In this document: piece after piece, positions 25,391 to 33,726 of the stretch
Layout: every line of letters starts with the position of its first letter
How positions within the stretch are numbered: the stretch's first letter is position 1
Source of the DNA: Minisyncoccota bacterium
GTDB taxonomy: Bacteria > Patescibacteriota > Minisyncoccia > Phycocordibacterales > UBA9973
Assembly (NCBI GenBank): GCA_035550535.1
Contig: DASZOX010000015.1
Coordinates: 1-47,459, forward strand
Reading direction: 5' to 3'
Length of the DNA stretch: 47,459 nt
Program-made: the position numbers and the translations under genes
Notes under the pieces: model-generated
The model's input: the letters and a program-made list of their open reading frames with translations, nothing else
Told to the model about the DNA's origin: nothing
Database searches by the model: none

Positions 25391-26059
25391 ATGAGGGTGC
25401 TGCTTGTTGAAGACAATGAGAGATTGGCGCTTTCTACAAAAAAAGGTCTTGAGCAGGAGGGCTATGCTGTCGATGTAATGCATGACGGTTTGCAAGCGGA
25501 AAAGCGTCTATCGATCTCCTCGAAGGAATACGATATATGTATTCTTGATGTGATGCTTCCCGGGAAGGATGGCATTTCTGTTTGTAAAGCTCTGCGGGCA
25601 AAAAGCATTTCTCTCCCGATCATTATGGTTACCGCAAAGGACACCAAAAAAGACACAATTGCAGGACTTGATGCTGGTGCAGACGATTACCTTTTGAAAC
25701 CATTTTCTTTTGAAGAAATGCTTGCTCGATTGCGTGCATTACTACGAAGACAACCCGCAATGATTCCCGCAACGTTTACAGTCGGGGCTCTTGTGGTTGA
25801 TACAAACCAAAAGATTGCTACTATCAACGGAAGCGAGCTTCCACTTACTGTGCGAGAGTTCGGTGTGCTCGACTATTTGCTTCGCAACTCAAACCAAGTT
25901 GTCAGCCGCGAGCAACTGCTCGAGCATTTATGGGATTATTCATTTGAGGGCTTTAGTAATGTGGTCGATGCCCATATAAAAAATTTAAGGAAAAAATTGG
26001 GTCGGTATGAAAACAACATTCAAACGATTCGGGGTGTGGGTTACCGATTTACGTGCTAA
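25391..26059 (+). CDS. OmpR-family response regulator
   Basis: Receiver domain (VLLVEDN, phospho-acceptor ILDVMLPGKDG, KPF) plus a winged-helix output domain (LTVREFGVLDYLL...IRGVGYRF). Confidence 0.93.
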   Translation: MRVLLVEDNERLALSTKKGLEQEGYAVDVMHDGLQAEKRLSISSKEYDICILDVMLPGKDGISVCKALRAKSISLPIIMVTAKDTKKDTIAGLDAGADDYLLKPFSFEEMLARLRALLRRQPAMIPATFTVGALVVDTNQKIATINGSELPLTVREFGVLDYLLRNSNQVVSREQLLEHLWDYSFEGFSNVVDAHIKNLRKKLGRYENNIQTIRGVGYRFTC

Positions 26060-27035
26060 TCTTTTTATCTGGGCACGACTAAAACTCACCGCGCTCTATC
26101 TGTTTATTATCGTTATAATGCTCGCTATCTACAGCGCTGCGTTTTATTTCTCGGTCATTCAAAATGTCCGTGCGCGTATCAACGCTGCAGGTGATCGCTT
26201 GGGTGCACACCAGCTGTATGATTCAGCAACTGACGCTTTACAAGAGCAAATCATCATTATCGATAGCGTCATTTTCCTTCTCGCTGGTATCGGAAGTTTT
26301 TGGCTCTCAGAAAAAACACTGCGGCCGGTTAAACGAGCATACGAGGCACAAGAGCGATTCAGTGCCGATGCATCACATGAGTTTCGCACACCACTCGCAG
26401 TTATGAAAACCACTATTGAGGTATTGCTCCGCGGTAAGGAAGTGCTCTCCCCCGAAACAAAAAGAGTGTTGCAAAGCACCCTTGAAGAAATCCAGTCACT
26501 CGCCACTATTACGGACGACCTACTTGATTTAGCTCGAGACACATTAACCGCGATGCACATCGTGGACGTATCTTCAATTATTAAAAAGGTTGTTGAATCG
26601 CTTACCGCGATCGCGAGAGAAAAAAATCTTGTCATTGCTCTAGATGGACTGCCGAAGGCAGAAATAAAGGGAAATACTGACGCGCTGATACGTCTCTACA
26701 AAAATATTTTTTCAAATGCGATTTCTTATACGCCTGTAGGCGGTAGCATACGCATTGCTATGGACACCAAAGGAGATTTTCTCACGACAAAAATTAGCGA
26801 CAACGGCATTGGAATCAATGAAAAAGAGTTGGATAAAATCTTCAATCGGTTTTATAAAGCTGATAATGCACGAAGCAGTTCTGGCACGGGCTTGGGTCTC
26901 GCAATCGCAAAACATATTGCGGTACTTCATCACGGAGCTATCACTATAGAAAGTAGTGTCGGAAAAGGCACAACAGTAACTATCTCATTTCCTCTCCACC
27001 ACACTTCATCAAAACTTCATACAGAAACGATTTAA
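26007..27035 (+). CDS. Sensor histidine kinase
   Basis: Two TM segments, H-box SADASHEFRTPL, N-box, and G-boxes DNGIGI and GTGLGLAI. It overlaps the regulator by 53 nt if the ATG at 26007 is used, so the true start is uncertain. Confidence 0.9.
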   Translation: MKTTFKRFGVWVTDLRANLFIWARLKLTALYLFIIVIMLAIYSAAFYFSVIQNVRARINAAGDRLGAHQLYDSATDALQEQIIIIDSVIFLLAGIGSFWLSEKTLRPVKRAYEAQERFSADASHEFRTPLAVMKTTIEVLLRGKEVLSPETKRVLQSTLEEIQSLATITDDLLDLARDTLTAMHIVDVSSIIKKVVESLTAIAREKNLVIALDGLPKAEIKGNTDALIRLYKNIFSNAISYTPVGGSIRIAMDTKGDFLTTKISDNGIGINEKELDKIFNRFYKADNARSSSGTGLGLAIAKHIAVLHHGAITIESSVGKGTTVTISFPLHHTSSKLHTETI

Positions 27036-27042
27036 TGCACAA

Positions 27043-27582
27043 ATGTTTTTAACAGTGATGCACGCCATTGACGATGCTGTTGGGGGCTTTTTTGTCACTG
27101 CACGCACACCAATGCGAACTACATTTTTTACCGCAGTCACTTATGGAGGAAACGCTGAAGTAGTTGTTGGCCTGTTTGTTATTATTACCTTGCGGTTTTT
27201 GTACACCAAAAAATACCATTCTCTCGGCACATTTGTGCGCTGTTTATTGGTAACGGGAATAATCGTGTATGTCGCAAAGCTCTTGTTTCACCGGCCTCGC
27301 CCATTGCATGCGCTTATTCTTGAAACTGATTATTCATTTCCGAGCGGTCATGCGGCAATTGCGGTCGCGCTCTATGGATTCATCGGCTATCTGCTCTATA
27401 AAAAGTACAAGCATCCCACCGCTCGTTTCTTCATTATGCTTGCAACGCTCCTCATAATTCTTTTAATTGCATCAAGTCGTCTCTATCTTGGTGTACACTA
27501 TTTCAGCGACATTATCGCAGGAATTATTGTGGGAACTTCCAGTCTGTTGTTTTTTATTCGTTTGCAAAACAAAAAATCCTAA
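27043..27582 (+). CDS. PAP2 superfamily phosphatase (undecaprenyl-diphosphatase/lipid phosphatase type)
   Basis: KLLFHRPRP, PSGHA and SRLYLGVHYFSD (the three PAP2 motifs). Multi-TM. Confidence 0.85.
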   Translation: MFLTVMHAIDDAVGGFFVTARTPMRTTFFTAVTYGGNAEVVVGLFVIITLRFLYTKKYHSLGTFVRCLLVTGIIVYVAKLLFHRPRPLHALILETDYSFPSGHAAIAVALYGFIGYLLYKKYKHPTARFFIMLATLLIILLIASSRLYLGVHYFSDIIAGIIVGTSSLLFFIRLQNKKS

Positions 27583-27585
27583 ACC

Positions 27586-28194
27586 ATGTCTTTTCTTGCA
27601 GAAGCTTCAACAAGAATCATTTCGTTTAGTGCTATTCATCCACTATTGGTCTATGGGCTCATTTGCATTTTGGGATTGCTTGAAGGTCCATTTCTGGCGA
27701 TTATCACTGGTTCGCTGCTCCGGCTTGGTTTTTTGTCGTTTATTCCGTTGTATATTTCTCTTATGAGCGGCGATCTTATTGGAGACTGCCTGTGGTATGG
27801 TGTGGGCTATCTCTATGGCAGTACAGCGTTGCGAAAAATTGCAAAGCTATTCGCATTGGGAGATGATTCACCTAAGCGTGTCCAAAAACTGTTTAATAAA
27901 TACCATGAGAAAATTTTGTTCTTTTCAAAAGTAACCAACGGATTCGGGCTTGCGATACCAATCCTCGCTACCGCAGGAGCGACACGGGTGCCGTTTGGTC
28001 GGTTTATAACAATCAATATGTTGGGGCAATTTTTATGGACAGGTGCTTTGATCGGACTCGGATACTTTTTTAGTCATCTATTTATCATTTCTCATTCTGG
28101 CCTACTGAAAGCATTGTTGGCCGTTGCAACGATCATTACCATCTATGGTATATATCGTTATAGTGATCGACTTAAGAAACAACTTGTTTCATAA
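27586..28194 (+). CDS. DedA/SNARE-associated family membrane protein
   Basis: Multi-TM protein of typical DedA size with a GDLIGDCLWYGVGY-type segment. Confidence 0.8.
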   Translation: MSFLAEASTRIISFSAIHPLLVYGLICILGLLEGPFLAIITGSLLRLGFLSFIPLYISLMSGDLIGDCLWYGVGYLYGSTALRKIAKLFALGDDSPKRVQKLFNKYHEKILFFSKVTNGFGLAIPILATAGATRVPFGRFITINMLGQFLWTGALIGLGYFFSHLFIISHSGLLKALLAVATIITIYGIYRYSDRLKKQLVS

Positions 28195-28206
28195 TATACC
28201 GGCAGT

Positions 28207-28953
28207 ATGAAAATTAGTATTATCATTCCCGCATACAATGAAGCAAGGTTGATTCGCTCCTGTCTCGAATCAGTTGAAAAAGAGCGTGCTGCCAATCCTA
28301 CTCTATTGTGCGAAGTTATTGTTGTTAATAATGCGAGTACGGATACTACGGCGAAAGTAGCAAGCAGCTTCAGTCGGGTAACGGTAATAGACGAACCTCG
28401 AAAAGGTATCGTGTGGGCGCGTAAAGCGGGGTATGAGCACTCCAGAGGAGTGCTGCTGGCGAATATTGATGCCGATACGATACTCCCCTCTGGTTGGCTA
28501 CAAAAAGTGGTGCTTGAGTTTGGAAGAAACCCACAGCTCCTCGCGCTCACTGGACCACAAGTCTACTATGACCTCTCGAGAGCAGATAGAGCGCTGTCAA
28601 AAACATTTTATATAATTGGATATGGTGTAAATGTGCTTAGTGGGGTTGTTGCGGGCGTTCGGCCAATGCTTCAAGGGGGGAATTTTGTCTTGCGTCGTGA
28701 TGCACTTGAGAAGATCGGCGGTTACAACACCGACATTGAATTTTGGGGCGAAGACAGCGATGTTGGAAAACGACTGAGCAAGCTCGGGAAAATCAAATGG
28801 ACATTCAGTTTTCCAATTTATGCTTCAGGAAGACGTCTGAAAGACGCAGGTATTTTCAAAGCAGGTATCGAATACACTGCTGCATTCCTTTGGACGCTTG
28901 TAAACAAGAAGCCCTTTAACAAAAAGTATAAAGATGTCCGCCCACTACGGTAA
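28207..28953 (+). CDS. Family 2 glycosyltransferase
   Basis: ISIIIPAYNE, NNASTDTT and NIDADT (DxD). Confidence 0.88.
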   Translation: MKISIIIPAYNEARLIRSCLESVEKERAANPTLLCEVIVVNNASTDTTAKVASSFSRVTVIDEPRKGIVWARKAGYEHSRGVLLANIDADTILPSGWLQKVVLEFGRNPQLLALTGPQVYYDLSRADRALSKTFYIIGYGVNVLSGVVAGVRPMLQGGNFVLRRDALEKIGGYNTDIEFWGEDSDVGKRLSKLGKIKWTFSFPIYASGRRLKDAGIFKAGIEYTAAFLWTLVNKKPFNKKYKDVRPLR

Positions 28954-28995
28954 CCTCTTCATCAGGAATTCATATTAGGGAATTAAACTCTGCCG

Positions 28996-29778
28996 GTGAA
29001 TATTATTACGTATAACATATGGGACTTGCCGTTGTGGTTTGTACGAGAGCGCGACAAGCGGCTACAAAAAATAGGAACATTTCTTGCAGGAGCGAAGTAC
29101 GATATTATCTGCCTCCAAGAATCGTGGAGTCTAAAACACCGTGGAATGCTTTCGGCATTTTTGCGCGATAGTGGCTACCATGATGCAGTGCACCAAGCGG
29201 GTATCCGCAGGAAGAATGGCGGACTGCTCACGTTTTCCAAATTTCCCATTTCTTCCGTTAAGTTTATTCCCTTTGGCAGAATTAGTTTTTCGGTGAGTGA
29301 ATTTTTGGGGAACAAAGGTGTTCTTGAAACAATTATCGACACGCCGAGCGGAAAACTTCGCGTGTGCAATCTGCACTTACACTACGACCCCAGGGGATTT
29401 TTCAAGTCGCATAGCATGAGGCTCAGGCAGTTGAGAAAACTATTCGCCTCTCTTAAAAAAGAGTCTTCACTTCCGACAATTTTTGCGGGAGACTTCAATG
29501 AAGATGCTCTGTTTGCGAAGGAAAAATTTAAGCGTTTATTGGTTGAGAATGGAATTATCCTGCCAACCAAATCGGTAGTGTTTCCTACCTATCGTGTGGA
29601 AAATCTATTTGTTGATACATGGATCAACAGAACCAACGGTTCAAAACGCTATGACTACATTCTGTTCAATGAATATATATTAGCAGAAAACAACGAACCT
29701 CTTTACCTCGAGCCTGCGCTTTCAGACCATGATCCTGTTGTTATGAAATTTGAACTTTCTCCGAATCTTTTTTTGTAA
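28996..29778 (+). CDS. Endonuclease/exonuclease/phosphatase (EEP) family protein, sphingomyelinase-like
   Basis: GTG start. ITYNIW, DIICLQE, GDFNE and SDHDPV motifs are present. Confidence 0.8.
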   Translation: MNIITYNIWDLPLWFVRERDKRLQKIGTFLAGAKYDIICLQESWSLKHRGMLSAFLRDSGYHDAVHQAGIRRKNGGLLTFSKFPISSVKFIPFGRISFSVSEFLGNKGVLETIIDTPSGKLRVCNLHLHYDPRGFFKSHSMRLRQLRKLFASLKKESSLPTIFAGDFNEDALFAKEKFKRLLVENGIILPTKSVVFPTYRVENLFVDTWINRTNGSKRYDYILFNEYILAENNEPLYLEPALSDHDPVVMKFELSPNLFL

Positions 29779-30511
29779 CGGTAAGGTATATCACCACGAC
29801 TCCTATTGCGGCAACAAATATGCCGCTTGTGATAACGGTGCCAAGCCCTACTCCACCATCAGTTTTTGCTTGAGAAAGAAAATCTCCAATAGAAGCACCA
29901 AGCGGGCGAGTGAGGATATACGCGATCCAAAATGACAGGACTGGACCCACCTTCTTGAACTTATAGCATAGAAAGATAATTCCAATTGCCAACGTAAAAA
30001 GAATAATTGAAAGGAGATATCCAAGTCCGAAACTTTCAGCAATCAAATCCCCAAGTGCTGTTCCGAGAGCAAAAGTGAAAAGAATAGCGAACCAATAAAA
30101 CCATTCGCGGCTACGGGTTACGATGGAGTGAATTGAGAGTGTTTGTTCTTTTGCATACCACACCCAGAATACAACTCCAAGAATGACCGCGAATGTGGCA
30201 GTTGAAACAATGAGCGGCACGCCGAGTCCGTCAGTAAGATTGTCGGTGATCAATGTTCCAACAATGCTGATTAAGACAACAGAAAGCCAATAGCGAGTGG
30301 GTATATAGCGTTTGGCCTTAAATTGCCACACAAGTGCAATGACTAACAGCACTGACATAACAATACTAGTAATAGTTAACCCGAGTCCGAGCGTGTCGCT
30401 TAAAAAATCCGCCGCCGTTTCTCCGACAGTCGTGCAAAGCACTTTGATAATCCAGAAATATACTGTGATTTGTGGAACTTTACTCAAAAAAACATGTCCT
30501 TTTTCTTGCAT
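29741..30511 (-). CDS. Hypothetical multi-TM membrane protein (COG4705-like)
   Basis: YFWIIKVLCTTVGETAADFLS and a second ...GASIGDFLS repeat. About eight hydrophobic spans. Confidence 0.65.
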   Translation of the reverse strand: MQEKGHVFLSKVPQITVYFWIIKVLCTTVGETAADFLSDTLGLGLTITSIVMSVLLVIALVWQFKAKRYIPTRYWLSVVLISIVGTLITDNLTDGLGVPLIVSTATFAVILGVVFWVWYAKEQTLSIHSIVTRSREWFYWFAILFTFALGTALGDLIAESFGLGYLLSIILFTLAIGIIFLCYKFKKVGPVLSFWIAYILTRPLGASIGDFLSQAKTDGGVGLGTVITSGIFVAAIGVVVIYLTVTKKDSEKVQIS

Positions 30512-30590
30512 ACGGATTAGGTTATCCTAGAAAAATGAAGATTGAATGAAAATGATGAATCCACAGGTAAGAAGTCTCCAAGTCAAATTT

Positions 30591-30666
30591 TGGTGCCCCC
30601 AGCAGGATTTGAACCTGCGACCGTCTCCTTAAAAGGGAGCTGCTCTACCAACTGAGCTATAGGGGC
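30591..30666 (-). tRNA. tRNA-Lys (anticodon TTT), CCA encoded
   Basis: Hand fold: GCCCCTA/TGGGGGC acceptor, GCTC/GAGC D-stem, anticodon loop CTTTTAA, T-arm GCAGG-TTCAAAT-CCTGC, discriminator A, then CCA. Confidence 0.93.
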
Positions 30667-30759
30667 AAAATAAATTTATAAAGTCACAAGTTCAAAGGCC
30701 TAATGCGATAGGAACAGAACAGTTGCAAAACGCGTCAAAAACTATACCATGCAAATTAT

Positions 30760-31257
30760 ATGAAATCAATTGCTCCGCGCGCGTTTGCCGATGAAAAAAT
30801 ACTTATTCTCCATGACATCAGGAGTGCACTCAATGTCGGTGCATTATTTCGCACCGCCGATGCGGTGGGCATTGATCATATTTATCTTTCGAGCACCACC
30901 CCCGCACCCATTGACCGTTTCGGCAGAGCCGACGCGCGTATTGCAAAGACTGCACTTGGTGCTGAAGGTACTATCGTATGGGAACAGTATGACGACATAC
31001 AAAAGCTCTTGGGTGTATTGCAACGGCAGGGAGCGATGGTCGTTGCAATCGAACAAGCGCCCCGTGCTATCGATTACAAAGAGGCAAAGATACAACTGCC
31101 GGTGGCATTCGTCTTGGGGAACGAGGTCAATGGGGTGCCGCGAGCAGTACTGCACATGAGTGATATCGTTGCAGCGATCCCAATGGAAGGAAAAAAAGAG
31201 TCGCTCAACGTCGCAGTGGCAGGAGGCGTCGCACTCTTTCGCATGCTTGGTGTCTGA
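30760..31257 (+). CDS. SpoU/TrmH family RNA 2'-O-methyltransferase
   Basis: NVGALFRTADAVG, LGNEVNGV and IPMEGKKESLNVAVAGG (SPOUT motifs). Confidence 0.85.
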   Translation: MKSIAPRAFADEKILILHDIRSALNVGALFRTADAVGIDHIYLSSTTPAPIDRFGRADARIAKTALGAEGTIVWEQYDDIQKLLGVLQRQGAMVVAIEQAPRAIDYKEAKIQLPVAFVLGNEVNGVPRAVLHMSDIVAAIPMEGKKESLNVAVAGGVALFRMLGV

Positions 31258-31264
31258 TAGCCCT

Positions 31265-31447
31265 CTAGGGTTGTGTGCCGGTTTTGAGTTGTTGGAAAGT
31301 GTAAATTTGACCGTTCCCCAGAGGACTTGGCTGTTCGATAAAAGGATGGGTGCGGTTGGTATCAATGCGAGAGGGTCCTCCGGTCACAAGCCATGCGACC
31401 CACAACGCTGCAAAGAGGAGGAGAAACCATTTCAGTTCGCTGTGCAT
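31265..31447 (-). CDS. Hypothetical small secreted/membrane protein (60 aa)
   Basis: From the internal ATG 31447: MHSELKWFLLLFAALWVAWLVTGGPS... It lies downstream of ruvA. The longer track ORF overlaps ruvA. Confidence 0.3.
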   Translation of the reverse strand: MHSELKWFLLLFAALWVAWLVTGGPSRIDTNRTHPFIEQPSPLGNGQIYTFQQLKTGTQP

Positions 31448-31466
31448 AGATAGGAGAGAGTATAAG

Positions 31467-32012
31467 CTATTTTTTGAGAAGTTGCAGTGCGAGTGTAATT
31501 TGCTGTTCAATGGGAAGTGTGCCATCGACTGATGTTATGACAGTGCGGATATGAACCTCTTTGTATCCAAGAGAGAGCAATGCCTCCACGAGATCGCTCG
31601 ACGTTTCAGTTTCTAACGTTTCAAATACTTGTACCTTGTCTTTGAGGTCAATGCAGATCTTTTCCGCAGTCTTTTTACCAATACCGGGGACGAGTGAGAT
31701 CGCCTTTGCGTCCCCACGTTTGATATGGCGAACAAGGACGGGGAGTGTATAGAGCGAGAGCATGGCAAGCGCACTCTTGGGTCCAACACCAGAGACACTG
31801 AGAAGTGTGGTAAACAGTACTCGTTCTTCGGGGGTTGCAAACCCATAGAGCTCGTGTGTATCGTCGCGGACGATGAGATGTGTGTGGAGTGTGAGTGGCT
31901 CGTCGAGTGTTGCAACGACTGGGGTATAGATGAAGTAGCCCAGACCACCCGTTTCGATAACGACCCCTTTTTCACTCTGTTCGACGACAATGCCACTAAT
32001 CCGTGCAATCAT
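31467..32012 (-). CDS. ruvA: Holliday junction DNA helicase subunit RuvA
   Basis: MIARISGIVVE...GGLGYFIYTP (OB domain) and HhH motifs (VSGVGPKSALAML, VPGIGKKTAEKI). Confidence 0.93.
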   Translation of the reverse strand: MIARISGIVVEQSEKGVVIETGGLGYFIYTPVVATLDEPLTLHTHLIVRDDTHELYGFATPEERVLFTTLLSVSGVGPKSALAMLSLYTLPVLVRHIKRGDAKAISLVPGIGKKTAEKICIDLKDKVQVFETLETETSSDLVEALLSLGYKEVHIRTVITSVDGTLPIEQQITLALQLLKK

Positions 32013-32079
32013 GACTCTATCATACCAAGTCGGCGGTTCTATTGCGAAAGGGGAGAAATACTGCTATAGTGCTGCCACT

Positions 32080-32340
32080 ATGCCTATTACCAAAAACGCC
32101 AAAAAAGCCCTCCGCGTGTCTCAAAAGAAACAGGCGGTCAATGCTCGTACCAAAAAGGTGCTGAAGGAAAAAACAAAGGTGACCGAGAAGCTCGCGGCAC
32201 AAAAAAACTGGACAGAGGCGACGCAGTCACTCCCACAAGTGTATCAAGCGATCGACAAAGCGGTCAAAAAAGGAATCATCAAGAAGAATACTGCCAACCG
32301 AAAAAAAGCACGGCTCGCTCGCATCGCCAAAGTTCGCTAA
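32080..32340 (+). CDS. rpsT: 30S ribosomal protein S20
   Basis: From the internal ATG 32080: MPITKNAKKALRVSQKKQAVNARTKK...KKARLARIAKV. Basic, 86 aa, S20-type. Confidence 0.9.
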   Translation: MPITKNAKKALRVSQKKQAVNARTKKVLKEKTKVTEKLAAQKNWTEATQSLPQVYQAIDKAVKKGIIKKNTANRKKARLARIAKVR

Positions 32341-32363
32341 CAACCGTCTGCTATACTTGCGCT

Positions 32364-32630
32364 ATGCTGTATGAGTTCTATGGAAAGGAATGTCCACACT
32401 GCGCGCGCATGCGTGCACTCACTGATAAGTTGATGCAGGAATTCCCTTCGGTACATATCGAACGAAAAGAAGTCTGGCACGACAAACGTAACATGGCGTT
32501 TATTGAAGAGCTCGACAAAGGCAACGCGTGCGGCGGGGTGCCGTTTTACTTCAACACCGATACCAAGCAGTGGCTCTGTGGCGAAGTATCCTATGATGAT
32601 TTAAAAAAGTGGGCTGGCGTACAACAATAG
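32364..32630 (+). CDS. Small thioredoxin/glutaredoxin-like protein (CPHC)
   Basis: YGKECPHCARM active site, GVPFYF (cis-Pro region), 88 aa, no signal peptide. Confidence 0.8.
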   Translation: MLYEFYGKECPHCARMRALTDKLMQEFPSVHIERKEVWHDKRNMAFIEELDKGNACGGVPFYFNTDTKQWLCGEVSYDDLKKWAGVQQ

Positions 32631-32683
32631 GAAGTGATTGACAAGGATATACAAGATGCTAGTGTGGTGGAAATTGTTTTCCT

Positions 32684-32920
32684 ATGTCTAGACATAAAAG
32701 AAAGAGCGTGGGGCTTTCTCGAAGGGGAGCGCTCATAGCCACCGCACTTGCGGTTGTGATTTTTTTGATGTTCCCGCCACTGATCCAGCACGGCATTGAA
32801 TGTTTCGGGGTGTTGTTTTTGTTGAGGATGGTCGCTCCCTTTAGAACGATTATCCGTACCACCCTGATTGTCTCGATGCTGGTAATAGGAATTATTTTGG
32901 TGAAGGCACACTGTTATTGA
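32684..32920 (+). CDS. Hypothetical small membrane protein (78 aa)
   Basis: Basic N-terminus plus two hydrophobic spans. A plus-strand terminator follows. A competing minus-strand ORF (32591..32911) looks non-coding: His/Gln/Arg-rich with no terminator. Confidence 0.35.
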   Translation: MSRHKRKSVGLSRRGALIATALAVVIFLMFPPLIQHGIECFGVLFLLRMVAPFRTIIRTTLIVSMLVIGIILVKAHCY

Positions 32921-32926
32921 ATTGAG

Positions 32927-32950
32927 AGCCCTTTGTTATGGGGCTTTTTT
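32927..32950 (+). terminator. Rho-independent terminator
   Basis: AGCCC-TTTGTTATG-GGGCT followed by TTTTT. Confidence 0.6.
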
Positions 32951-32957
32951 ATGTATG

Positions 32958-33145
32958 TGTCCTCTCGGCAGGACGCTTCGCTATCTCACTTCTGGGAAAC
33001 CCACGGTTTTCCCATTCCTTCCTCCACAGGAAACTCTTGTTTCCCGACCCCTTCCCGCCGTTCGATTCCTCGCCTTTAAGGACACAAAGTGTTACTTAGC
33101 CCTACTTAACTCAGTCTTCTGTTACTTCTTGTCCTCTCGGCAGGA
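32958..33145 (-). repeat. tRNA-3'-end-bracketed conserved element, copy A (156-nt core between 16-nt direct repeats; homologous to 46751-46957)
   Basis: TGTCCTCTCGGCAGGA occurs at 33130-33145 (inside tRNA-Arg) and again at 32958-32973. The sequence between the two copies aligns with copy B: a shared GGAATCGAAC block, two hairpins, GTGGAGGAAGG, and a nearly identical 40-nt 3' block. Confidence 0.7.
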
Positions 33146-33203
33146 ATCGAACCTGCATCACAACTTCCGCAAAGTTGCGTCCTATCCATTGAACGACGAG
33201 AGG
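33132..33203 (-). tRNA. tRNA-Arg (anticodon GCG)
   Basis: Hand fold: acceptor CCTCTCG/CGAGAGG (C1-G72), D-arm GTTC-AATGGATA-GGAC, anticodon arm CAACT-TTGCGGA-AGTTG, variable TGAT, T-arm GCAGG-TTCGATT-CCTGC, discriminator A. No CCA is encoded. Confidence 0.8.
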
Positions 33204-33208
33204 GATAG

Positions 33209-33679
33209 TTAAAAGCCGAAACGTTCGAAAAGTTTGGTGGCAAACGATTCGTGCATTTCGATTTCTTGTGTGTGTGTTTTCAACAGGTCGCGCACTGTCT
33301 CTGCAGTGACCTCACCATGGAGGGGGAGTGCGAGCATCGGCACAAACGACCCCTTCACGAGTAGTAACAGCTTATCTGGTTTTGACGTTTCGTCAATCCA
33401 AAATTGGCGTACGCGCTCATAGAGAATGTATTCCTCGTCGACAGAAATACCTTTTTCACCAAGGGCGATGGTAATATATCGCGGCGGACGCAGTGCGAAA
33501 CCGATCACCGCTATCCCCGCAATGACCAAAAATATTCCAAAAAAAAGATCGTGGTAGAAAAAGGCGAGCGCTGCACCGATACCAAAGATAAGCCCCGCAT
33601 ACCATATCCAATCAGGGTGGCGATCTTTTTCTTCATATTCAAGTGTTTCCCACGAGAGCGCTGGAGGAGTATCACTCAT
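33209..33679 (-). CDS. Hypothetical membrane protein (156 aa)
   Basis: Two adjacent TM spans (WIWYAGLIFGIGAALAFF..., FFGIFLVIAGIAVIGFAL) followed by a soluble domain. No recognised motif. Confidence 0.65.
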   Translation of the reverse strand: MSDTPPALSWETLEYEEKDRHPDWIWYAGLIFGIGAALAFFYHDLFFGIFLVIAGIAVIGFALRPPRYITIALGEKGISVDEEYILYERVRQFWIDETSKPDKLLLLVKGSFVPMLALPLHGEVTAETVRDLLKTHTQEIEMHESFATKLFERFGF

Positions 33680-33726
33680 GGCAAAAGTGTAGCATGGTCA
33701 CTATCAAAATACTCTTTCGTCGAAGC

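Noticed and set aside
32922-33212. Track ORFs 32922..33212 (+), 46697..46960 (-) and 46782..47033 (-) that share peptide similarity (e.g. GRTLRYLTSGKPTVFP versus IGTLRYLTLWKPMVFQ)
   Set aside because: They run straight through tRNA-Arg and tRNA-His. The peptide similarity is a by-product of the conserved nucleotide element. The frames are not consistently preserved, and the short SD-ATG peptides inside the element differ between copies.
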